From IMG/VR virus record IMGVR_UViG_3300048886_001546, positions 1 to 24,491 of that record: 24,491 bases of DNA. One strand, 5' to 3'. Positions 17,625 through 24,491 of the stretch are shown in pieces. Position 1 is the first letter of the stretch, and each line of letters begins with the position of its first letter. The notes beneath the pieces are model-generated. The model ran no database searches and was not told where the DNA came from. It saw nothing but the letters and a program-made list of their open reading frames with translations. The DNA comes from a virus. Taxonomy: Duplodnaviria; Caudoviricetes. The translations under genes were made by a program, and so were the position numbers.

Positions 17625-18958
17625 AATTTAAGTTTTATTTAGAAAATCAAAAAGATAATAAAGAATTATTATTAGATTATGATAATGAAACCTCAGAGTT
17701 ACGTTATGAGAATGGTGATATTGTAATACCGCAGGATATTTTTAGAGATTTTAAGCCATTTTATAAAATGAATGAAGGAAAAAGAGAACTATCAAAAATA
17801 AAAATACAACTAGGATTAAAATGTAATTATTCTTGTGAGTATTGTTCGCAGAGGTTTGTTCCTCGCAACCCAGATGATGATTATAAACATGAGGATGAAG
17901 ATGAAAAGACAGCAGAAGAAATTTCTATATTTATTAAAAGGTTTGATAAAGTAACAGTTGGTGAAAAGTTACACTTTGAGATGTGGGGTGGAGAACCGTT
18001 TTTGTATTTTCCAAAAATGAAATTAGTAACAGAACAATTACACGAAAAATATCCAGAAGCAACATTTAGTGTTATTACAAATGGTTCTTTAATTAATCAA
18101 GAAATAATTGATTTTATACAGAAATATAACTTTAGTGTTTCTATTTCACATGATGGTGTTGGACAAAAGACAAGAGGACCAGATCCTTTAGAGGATTCAG
18201 AAAAAAAGAAATGGTTATTTAAATTGAGAAATCTTTTAATTCCTGAACAAAGAATTTCTGTTAACGCCATGATTCATAAAGATAATGATAGTCGTTTAGA
18301 AGTTCAGAGGTGGATACGAAATAATTTTGGAATGGTTCCGATAGGAGAAGGTGGTACAGTAGATGCATATGATGAAGGTGGTCTTACTATGTCGTGGAAA
18401 ACAAATGAAGAACATATTAATTATAGACGGAAAGCATTTCGTGAGATAATGAGTGGAGATTTAATTCAATTTAATAAGAAAGATGAAAAAATTACTGGTT
18501 TTATAAATTCATTGAAGGCCCAAAATCCTTCTTCTTCATTATTGCAAAAATGTGGGATGGATAGACCAGATACAATGGCAGTTGATCTTAATGGTAATGT
18601 AACCACTTGTCAAAATGTAACTGTATCATCTAATAATCCTGCAGGGATTTCACATTATATAGGAACTATGGATGATTTAGATAATGTTAATATTAAGACA
18701 GGAACTCATTGGTCAGATAGAGAAGAATGTCCTAAATGTCCTGTTCTTCATTTATGTCAAGGAAGTTGTTTATTTTTAAGTCCGGGATCAGAAGAATGGA
18801 AGGCGTCTTGTGAAAATGCATATAGTGATAATGTTGTTTGGCTAGCGGCAGCTTTGTATGAAATAACAGGTCATATTTTATATAAAATTGAAGGGCCACA
18901 TCCTGAGTATCGGCATGATATATTTGGATTTGAAGCAAAAAAATATGAATATGTATAA
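17621..18958 (+). CDS. Radical SAM/SPASM domain protein (putative peptide/protein maturase)
   Basis: CNYSCEYC (CxxxCxxC, 17822-17845), WGGEP, ITNG and SISHDG; SPASM cysteines CGMD...NGNVTTC...CPKCPVLHLCQGSC...C (7 Cys including Cx2Cx5Cx3C). Confidence 0.93.
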   Translation: MKFKFYLENQKDNKELLLDYDNETSELRYENGDIVIPQDIFRDFKPFYKMNEGKRELSKIKIQLGLKCNYSCEYCSQRFVPRNPDDDYKHEDEDEKTAEEISIFIKRFDKVTVGEKLHFEMWGGEPFLYFPKMKLVTEQLHEKYPEATFSVITNGSLINQEIIDFIQKYNFSVSISHDGVGQKTRGPDPLEDSEKKKWLFKLRNLLIPEQRISVNAMIHKDNDSRLEVQRWIRNNFGMVPIGEGGTVDAYDEGGLTMSWKTNEEHINYRRKAFREIMSGDLIQFNKKDEKITGFINSLKAQNPSSSLLQKCGMDRPDTMAVDLNGNVTTCQNVTVSSNNPAGISHYIGTMDDLDNVNIKTGTHWSDREECPKCPVLHLCQGSCLFLSPGSEEWKASCENAYSDNVVWLAAALYEITGHILYKIEGPHPEYRHDIFGFEAKKYEYV

Positions 18959-18965
18959 AAACTAT

Positions 18966-18973
18966 TATAAATA
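18966..18973 (+). promoter_or_regulatory. T4-type late promoter (TATAAATA)
   Basis: Exact motif in the gap between the rSAM stop and ATG 19011. Confidence 0.75.
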
Positions 18974-19010
18974 ATACAATAGATTAAATAAATTATAGGC
19001 GGAAAACGAT

Positions 19011-20129
19011 ATGGCAAAACTAGTTCAAAGACGAAGAGGTACAACTGCAGATCATGTTAATTTCATTGGTGCTGTTGGTGAAATAACTGTTGATACTACA
19101 AAGAATACTGCTATAGTACATGACGGAACAACTGTAAAAGGACACCCCCTTGCATTAGAAGATATGTCTAATGTTGTTGGTACTCCTGTTGGTGGTGGTG
19201 TTGGTATCACACAATTAAATGTTAATGATGGTATTGCAGATCAACTGTTATCTACGGATGGTTTTGGTAATCTTTCTTTTACAACCGTTGAAACTAATAT
19301 TGCAAATGAATCAGTTGGAGGAGATGTTTCTGGTATTGTAAGTAATATTCAATTAAGAAATAATGTTGTAACTGTTAATGAAATAAATGTTGCAGAAGGT
19401 ACTATTGGTCAAGTATTAACTACAAATGGTGCTGGTGGTTTAACTTTCACAGATAAAACAGATGTTACTAATGCTCCTGTTGGTGGTGATGTCAGTGGTA
19501 CTATAAGTAATATTCAATTAGTTGCCAATGCTGTTAGAACAGCTGAAATTATAGATAATGCTGTTACTAGTAGTAAGTTATCTGTTAATTCTGTTAGTAC
19601 ATTAAAAATTGTAGATTTAAATGTTACAGGAGATAAACTTGCTGCTGATGCCGTTTCTACTATAAAGATTCTTGATGGTAGTGTAACAGATGATAAAATT
19701 GTTAGTGTTGATGCCAGTAAATTAACAGGTTCATTAGGAGTATTAGATGGAAGTAGTTTAACTAATCTCCCCTATGATACATCTTTTATTGGTGGGTTTG
19801 ATGCAGATATGGTTCCAGAAGATTTACTTCTTAATGGTATTTATGGAGAAATGGTTATGTCAAGAAATGGAACATTTCAAGGTGAAGTAGGTTATCTTGA
19901 TGTACAGGCTACAGGTACTCCATTTATAGTTGATATAGAAAAAAATGGTGCATCAATCTATTCTACTAAACCACAATTTGCTATAGGTTCAGCAACAATG
20001 ACTAGTGGTACATATGCAAACAGTAATTTTGCATCTGGTGATAGAATAACATTAAAGGTTGTACAAATAGGTAGTTCTACTGCTGGTCGTGGTCTTCGTT
20101 TTACGTTGAATGGTAAGGCCCCATCATAA
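19011..20129 (+). CDS. Tail fibre protein, paralog B (Mtd_N-like N-terminus)
   Basis: MAKLVQRRRGTTADH..F.GA.GEIT.DT.K.T..VHDG; two GQ.L.T.G.G.L.F...VGGDVSG..SNIQL repeats, decamer AVT..K repeats and a distinct C-terminal domain (VDIEKNG...GDRITL.V.QIGS..AGRGL). Confidence 0.8.
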   Translation: MAKLVQRRRGTTADHVNFIGAVGEITVDTTKNTAIVHDGTTVKGHPLALEDMSNVVGTPVGGGVGITQLNVNDGIADQLLSTDGFGNLSFTTVETNIANESVGGDVSGIVSNIQLRNNVVTVNEINVAEGTIGQVLTTNGAGGLTFTDKTDVTNAPVGGDVSGTISNIQLVANAVRTAEIIDNAVTSSKLSVNSVSTLKIVDLNVTGDKLAADAVSTIKILDGSVTDDKIVSVDASKLTGSLGVLDGSSLTNLPYDTSFIGGFDADMVPEDLLLNGIYGEMVMSRNGTFQGEVGYLDVQATGTPFIVDIEKNGASIYSTKPQFAIGSATMTSGTYANSNFASGDRITLKVVQIGSSTAGRGLRFTLNGKAPS

Positions 20130-21026
20130 ATGACGCATTTAAATCCAACATTTATAAGTAGACAAAATAAATTAAAAGGTACTTTTGGTGGTGTAGAAAC
20201 TTATTATATGGGGCAGGGACAAAATGTTCAATATAAAGTTCATACGTTTGAATCATCAGGTGTTTTTATTTATGCCGATAGTAGTACTGCACAATTAGCC
20301 AGTAGTATACTTCAGATTGGTGGCGGAGGAAGTGGTGCCCCAGGAGCAGGTGCTGGTGGTGCTGGTGGAATGTTAGTAACTCCAAGTTATAATATTATAC
20401 CGGGTGAATATAATATAATTGTTGGTGCTGGTGGACCTTCCAATGCAAATGGTCAAACCGGTACACCATCAAATGGTATTGATAGTCAATGTAATATGCC
20501 TGGCCTTGGTGATGCGATTGGTGGTGGTATGAACTTTACTGCCGGTGGAAGTGGTGGTGGAGGAGGCCCGCCAAATAATAGTGGTGGCACTGGAATTCCT
20601 GGTCAAGGAAATAATGGAGGCTCTGGACATAACTGTGGAGGAGCAGCTGGAGGAGGCGGCGGCGGTGGAGCAGGTCAAGCTGGCACTGGTGCAACTCCAA
20701 TGGGTGGTTGTCCTGGTTGTGGAGGTTGTAATGGAGGAGGTGGTGGTAGAGCAGGTGACGGTTTAGAAAATGATTATAGAACTGGCTCCAACATCTGGTA
20801 TGCAGGTGGTGGTGGAGGAGGCGGTGGTAATACAAGCGGTAATCATGGCGAAGGAGCAGGTGGACAAGGTGGCGGAGGAGCGCCAGGTTCTTCACCAGGC
20901 ACTGCTGATGGTGTTGATGGCACTGGAGGAGGAGGTCATGGATCGGGTAGTGGATCAAACCCAGGGTCTGGTGGGAGTGGCTTAGTTGTTATCAGAGTGC
21001 TTGATATTTTTGGAACAGGACCGTGA
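20130..21026 (+). CDS. Glycine-rich tail/adhesin protein
   Basis: YKVHTF..SG, GGGG..GAGGAGG, Y.I.VGAGG, YAGGGGGG and GGSG.VVIR framework typical of phage polyglycine receptor-binding domains. Confidence 0.8.
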   Translation: MTHLNPTFISRQNKLKGTFGGVETYYMGQGQNVQYKVHTFESSGVFIYADSSTAQLASSILQIGGGGSGAPGAGAGGAGGMLVTPSYNIIPGEYNIIVGAGGPSNANGQTGTPSNGIDSQCNMPGLGDAIGGGMNFTAGGSGGGGGPPNNSGGTGIPGQGNNGGSGHNCGGAAGGGGGGGAGQAGTGATPMGGCPGCGGCNGGGGGRAGDGLENDYRTGSNIWYAGGGGGGGGNTSGNHGEGAGGQGGGGAPGSSPGTADGVDGTGGGGHGSGSGSNPGSGGSGLVVIRVLDIFGTGP

Positions 21027-21027
21027 T

Positions 21028-21531
21028 ATGTCATATTTTGCTAAAGTTGTAGACAATAAAGTAGTTACAGTAATAAAAGCTGAACAAGATTTTATAGATC
21101 AGTATGATGATGGTACTGGTGAGGGTGAGTGGATTCAGACTTCATATAATACATGGGGTGGAAAACACTATGATAGAAATGGTGTAGAAGATGATAAACC
21201 ACCATTAAGATATAATTATGCAGGTGTGGGTTTTATATATGATAAAGAAAAAGATGCTTTTCTTGCTCCACCATTACATCCAAGTTTCGTATTAAATGAA
21301 ACGACTATGAGATATGAGCCACCAATTCCATATCCAACAGGTTTGAAAGGTGGTCCAAGAAGATTTATTTGGGATGAAGATCATTATAATGAACATGGTG
21401 AATGGTTAGATTTGTGGGATACATCAGATGCGTTATCACAACATAATCCAGATTCAAAATATTATTTGGAAGATGTTGTTAAGTATGAAGATCCAGATTA
21501 TCCATTTGAGGATTACCCTGAAAGATACTAA
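21028..21531 (+). CDS. Conserved phage protein (WIQTSYN family), possible fibre-associated/assembly protein
   Basis: Likely start is ATG 21028 (MSYFAKV), not 20986; WIQTSYNT, LRYNYAG.G..YD...DAF..P and PPIPYP motifs, a type I recall next to Gly-rich fibre genes. Confidence 0.7.
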   Translation: MSYFAKVVDNKVVTVIKAEQDFIDQYDDGTGEGEWIQTSYNTWGGKHYDRNGVEDDKPPLRYNYAGVGFIYDKEKDAFLAPPLHPSFVLNETTMRYEPPIPYPTGLKGGPRRFIWDEDHYNEHGEWLDLWDTSDALSQHNPDSKYYLEDVVKYEDPDYPFEDYPERY

Positions 21532-21534
21532 AAT

Positions 21535-21819
21535 ATGGCTACTGCTGAAGAACATAAAAATAGAATGACACAAGCAGAACGTGAACAGAAAATGACTTGG
21601 CAAGAAATTCGTGATGAATCTATTGGTATGTTAAAGGAAACTTATGATGCTGTAACAAGTGGTTTTGTAGAAAAGGAAAGACAGGCTGCACGATATAAAA
21701 TATGTGAAGGATGTGAAGTGTTTAAGCCACTTTTAAGACAATGTAATTCATGTAAGTGTTTTATGCCAGCAAAAACATTATTTAATAATTCCAGATGTCC
21801 TAAAGGTTATTGGATGTAG
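21535..21819 (+). CDS. Small Cys-rich putative metal-binding protein (DUF6171-like)
   Basis: R..IC..C........C..C.CFM..K.......CP...W pattern with 6 Cys. Confidence 0.7.
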   Translation: MATAEEHKNRMTQAEREQKMTWQEIRDESIGMLKETYDAVTSGFVEKERQAARYKICEGCEVFKPLLRQCNSCKCFMPAKTLFNNSRCPKGYWM

Positions 21820-21841
21820 GAAATAAAAAGAGGAAAAATAA

Positions 21842-22558
21842 ATGCCATCAGCAATATCAGTAAACGTAACAGACACATTTGAACAATGGCGATTAAAAAC
21901 CAATCAAATTAGTATAGATGTTTTTGATGCTGTCAGAAATGTGCATGAGGATCTAACACCTTCACTTGGTGGTGATTTATATTTAAATAATACTGAAACA
22001 GGTTATACGGGTAGTTTTGATATTCTTGGAACAGGGAATATTAATATTGATGGTTCTATTACATCTACAGGCAATATTTCAGGTGCTGGTATTACTGGTA
22101 CTGGTGATTTTACTGCCAACTCTAAGTTTTCTGTTAATGCTGCCAGTGGAAATGTTACGGGTAGTAATTGGTCAGTTGACGGTACTACGGGCGAGTTAAC
22201 ACTAGGTGCTGGTATTACGGGCGGTAATTGGTCTATTGATGATGCTACGAGTGATATTACTGCAACAACTTTTAGTGGTGATTTAGAAGGTACAATTAAT
22301 ACTGCTACAACTGCTACCACACAAGCTGCTGCTGTTAATAATACAACGGTAGCAACTACAGAATATGTTACTACAGGGATTGGTAATCTTACTCTTACAG
22401 TTGATGCATTATCTGATACTACAATATCAAATCCACAAGAACAGGACTTGTTAATGTATGATAGTGCTTCATCAAAATGGGCAAGCGGATCAATTACTGC
22501 AGCTGGTGTTCCGAATCAAGCGTTTACAGTAGCAATGGCAATTGCACTTGGATATTAA
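21842..22558 (+). CDS. Tail fibre-like virion structural protein
   Basis: V..TDTFEQWR.KTN N-terminus, D.TP.LGG.L, ATT.YV, LSDT.I....DLL.YD...KW and C-terminal AMAIALG. Confidence 0.72.
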   Translation: MPSAISVNVTDTFEQWRLKTNQISIDVFDAVRNVHEDLTPSLGGDLYLNNTETGYTGSFDILGTGNINIDGSITSTGNISGAGITGTGDFTANSKFSVNAASGNVTGSNWSVDGTTGELTLGAGITGGNWSIDDATSDITATTFSGDLEGTINTATTATTQAAAVNNTTVATTEYVTTGIGNLTLTVDALSDTTISNPQEQDLLMYDSASSKWASGSITAAGVPNQAFTVAMAIALGY

Positions 22559-22567
22559 TATAACTCT

Positions 22568-22575
22568 TATAAATA
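22568..22575 (+). promoter_or_regulatory. T4-type late promoter (TATAAATA)
   Basis: Exact motif in the intergenic gap upstream of ATG 22607 (RBS AAGGA). Confidence 0.75.
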
Positions 22576-22606
22576 TTTGTAATTAATAAAATAAAAGGAT
22601 AACGTA

Positions 22607-22930
22607 ATGGCAAACGATTTTAAAAATGCACACAAACAAGGTATAACCACAATAACGGATATTTATGAGGCTCCTGCTGGTAAAACTTCTATTCTTTTGG
22701 AATTAGATGTTGCGAATGTACAAACTTCCATTGTTTCTGTTACAGTAACCGTAACTGATGCATCAAATTCTGATGTAGCAACTAATTTAGTTAAGTTAGC
22801 ACCTCTACCTACTGGTGGTACTTTGCAGGTAGTTTCAGGACAGAAAGTTATATTAGAAGCAGGGGATAAAGTACAAGTAGCTACAACGGGGACTTGTGAT
22901 GTTGTCGCTGCTGTTTTAGAAGATGTTTAA
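22607..22930 (+). CDS. Small beta-rich virion/fibre-associated protein
   Basis: MAN.FKN, IY.AP, ANV, LVK.AP.P.GG.L..V.GQK.ILE.GD pattern; follows the AIALG-ending gene. Confidence 0.7.
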   Translation: MANDFKNAHKQGITTITDIYEAPAGKTSILLELDVANVQTSIVSVTVTVTDASNSDVATNLVKLAPLPTGGTLQVVSGQKVILEAGDKVQVATTGTCDVVAAVLEDV

Positions 22931-22949
22931 TTTATAAAGGAAATAATAT

Positions 22950-23540
22950 ATGCCTTATTTAGGAACAGCACCAACACCTTTTGCTTCACCAGAAACTTTT
23001 GAAGATATTTTTCCTATTACGACACCACAAAATGTATTTACTCTGAGTAGAGATGTTGTAAGTGAAACAGATATTATGATTTCAATCAACGGAGTTGTAC
23101 AACATGGTGCTTCTCATATCTTGTCAGGTGTTAATAATAGAACACTTACACTAGATGCTAATTTAGAAGAAAATGATGAACTTAGAGTTTTACATTATGG
23201 ATTTAAAGCTGTTAGTATCAATACAGGAGCACCCGATGATGATTCTGTAACAACACAAAAATTATCAAATAATGCTGTTGAAACTTTAAAAATAGCAGAT
23301 GATGCTGTAACAGGCCCAAAAATTGATGATGGTGCTATTTCGGCCAATCATATTAACTCCTCACTATCACTTGCAGGACCTTCTCTTGGTGATGATAGTA
23401 TTATCAGAACTAATAAAAAAAATATTTCTCAAAATATAGTATTTGATGGAGATGAAAATGGGATGACGGTTGGACCTATTACAATTGATCCAACATTTTA
23501 TGTAACAGTTACTGCCGGTAGTACTTGGACTATTATTTAA
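22950..23540 (+). CDS. Tail fibre-associated protein
   Basis: MPYLG start, F.L.......I.I.INGVVQ domain, decamer V...KI.DDAV repeats, C-terminal GPITI....VTV..GSTWTII. Confidence 0.72.
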   Translation: MPYLGTAPTPFASPETFEDIFPITTPQNVFTLSRDVVSETDIMISINGVVQHGASHILSGVNNRTLTLDANLEENDELRVLHYGFKAVSINTGAPDDDSVTTQKLSNNAVETLKIADDAVTGPKIDDGAISANHINSSLSLAGPSLGDDSIIRTNKKNISQNIVFDGDENGMTVGPITIDPTFYVTVTAGSTWTII

Positions 23541-23552
23541 AAGGAAAAAAAA

Positions 23553-24491
23553 ATGGCGTCAACTTTAAAAGTAGATAGAATAGAAACACCTGGAGGAGTA
23601 GGTAATATATCATTTGGGAATCCTATAAGTGGTGACGGTAGTCAGTTAACTGGTGTTGGTTTAGCAGTTGGAGGAGGTGCAGTTACTGCAGGTGACTTTT
23701 TATACCATGATGGAACGGAGTGGACTCGGTTACCAAAAGGCACAGCTGCTCAATATTTAAGAATGAATGCTGGTGCCACTGCACCCGAATGGATAGCAAC
23801 TACTGGCGCGGGAATTCAAGTACCAGCTTCTTCAGCCGCGGGAGATATTCTTTATTATGATGGATCAAATTATGTAAGGTTGGCAAAAGGAACTGCCGCG
23901 CAAACCCTTGCTATGAATAGTGGTGCTACAGCGCCCGAGTGGATTGCCCCTGCTGGTGGTGGTGCTTGGGAATACTTATCTACTAGCACTTTTACTAATG
24001 TTGCAACAGTAGATATAACTTCTGCGGATGGAATTTCTCAAGCCAATCATTCTGCTATAGCCTGTCATTTTGAGGGCGTTTTCCCAGTTAACGGAAATGA
24101 AAGTATGTTGATGCGATATTCGGAGGATGATGGGTCGTCTTTTTCATCAGCAGCTGATTACAATATGGCTTCAACTGGATTCAATGATGCGGGTTCCGCT
24201 GCCACCGCCTATGATTCTAATTCAACTTCCATTCGTTTTTCACCAGCCAATCCAGATAGTTCTGTAAATACTGGATTATGGGGATGGCTGTATTTCCCTA
24301 TGACTACTCAAACAAGTCAAAATATAAACACAACTTGGAATATGAGTTGTTGCGATACTAGTAATAATATAACCATCGGTACTGGTGCAGGTAGTAAACG
24401 CTCTTCTGGTGGTGGGGATTGGGATGCATTTCAATTCTTATGCACAAGTGGAAATATTACAGGAACAATTAGAATTTACGGAATAAAACAA
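23553..24491 (+). CDS. Tail fibre/adhesin protein (no stop codon within window)
   Basis: Not in the ORF track. RBS AAGGA; frame reads MASTLKVDRI...GNITGTIRIYGIKQ, 313 codons to the window end. Confidence 0.8.
   Translation, partial: MASTLKVDRIETPGGVGNISFGNPISGDGSQLTGVGLAVGGGAVTAGDFLYHDGTEWTRLPKGTAAQYLRMNAGATAPEWIATTGAGIQVPASSAAGDILYYDGSNYVRLAKGTAAQTLAMNSGATAPEWIAPAGGGAWEYLSTSTFTNVATVDITSADGISQANHSAIACHFEGVFPVNGNESMLMRYSEDDGSSFSSAADYNMASTGFNDAGSAATAYDSNSTSIRFSPANPDSSVNTGLWGWLYFPMTTQTSQNINTTWNMSCCDTSNNITIGTGAGSKRSSGGGDWDAFQFLCTSGNITGTIRIYGIKQ
23688..23948 (+). repeat. Tandem intragenic protein repeat with 50-aa period
   Basis: AGDFLYHDGTEWTRLPKGTAAQYLRMNAGATAPEWIA (23688-23798) versus AGDILYYDGSNYVRLAKGTAAQTLAMNSGATAPEWIA (23838-23948). 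Confidence 0.85.

Noticed and set aside
318-18938. Short minus-strand and off-frame ORFs nested in long genes (e.g. 318-554, 5593-5934, 7491-7679, 16445-16627, 18732-18938)
   Set aside because: They overlap well-supported plus-strand genes and show no recognisable motifs.
17621-18958. rSAM as anaerobic sulfatase maturase, QueE, NrdG or DNA-modification enzyme
   Set aside because: No sulfatase, queuosine or ribonucleotide reductase genes nearby. The full SPASM domain and adjacent Cys-rich gene favour a peptide/protein maturase, though this is not proven.
12614-20129. Diversity-generating retroelement suggested by Mtd_N-like N-termini
   Set aside because: No reverse transcriptase and no template/variable repeat pair differing at adenines was seen in the window.
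20469-20985. Alternative-frame ORFs over the Gly-rich gene, including a His/Leu-rich 140-aa minus-strand ORF
   Set aside because: By-products of GGT/GGA codon runs; the Gly-rich frame has a recognisable domain framework.
20986-21027. Upstream start for the WIQTSYN-family gene as given in the ORF track
   Set aside because: It overlaps the previous gene; ATG 21028 directly after the stop gives the family-typical MSYFA start.

Overview
AT-rich, entirely plus-strand late (virion) region of a T4-like myovirus. The gene order gp25-gp6-gp7-gp8-large DUF4815-type protein, followed by many tail-fibre genes, resembles marine cyanophage/pelagiphage-type T4 relatives. T4 late-promoter boxes (TATAAATA) precede the main gene blocks. 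The standout is a ~5.6 kb block (13349-18958) inside the tail-fibre region. It encodes a fibre-like protein ending in a Cys-rich, RiPP-like tail (CACQCDCACNC), a 338-aa unknown, four 2OG-Fe(II) oxygenases and a radical SAM/SPASM enzyme, the last six genes overlapping in a chain. It sits between two paralogous fibre genes with near-identical N-termini. I interpret it as a phage-encoded system for post-translationally modifying a tail-fibre tip. All family assignments come from motif recognition by eye; no database searches were run.
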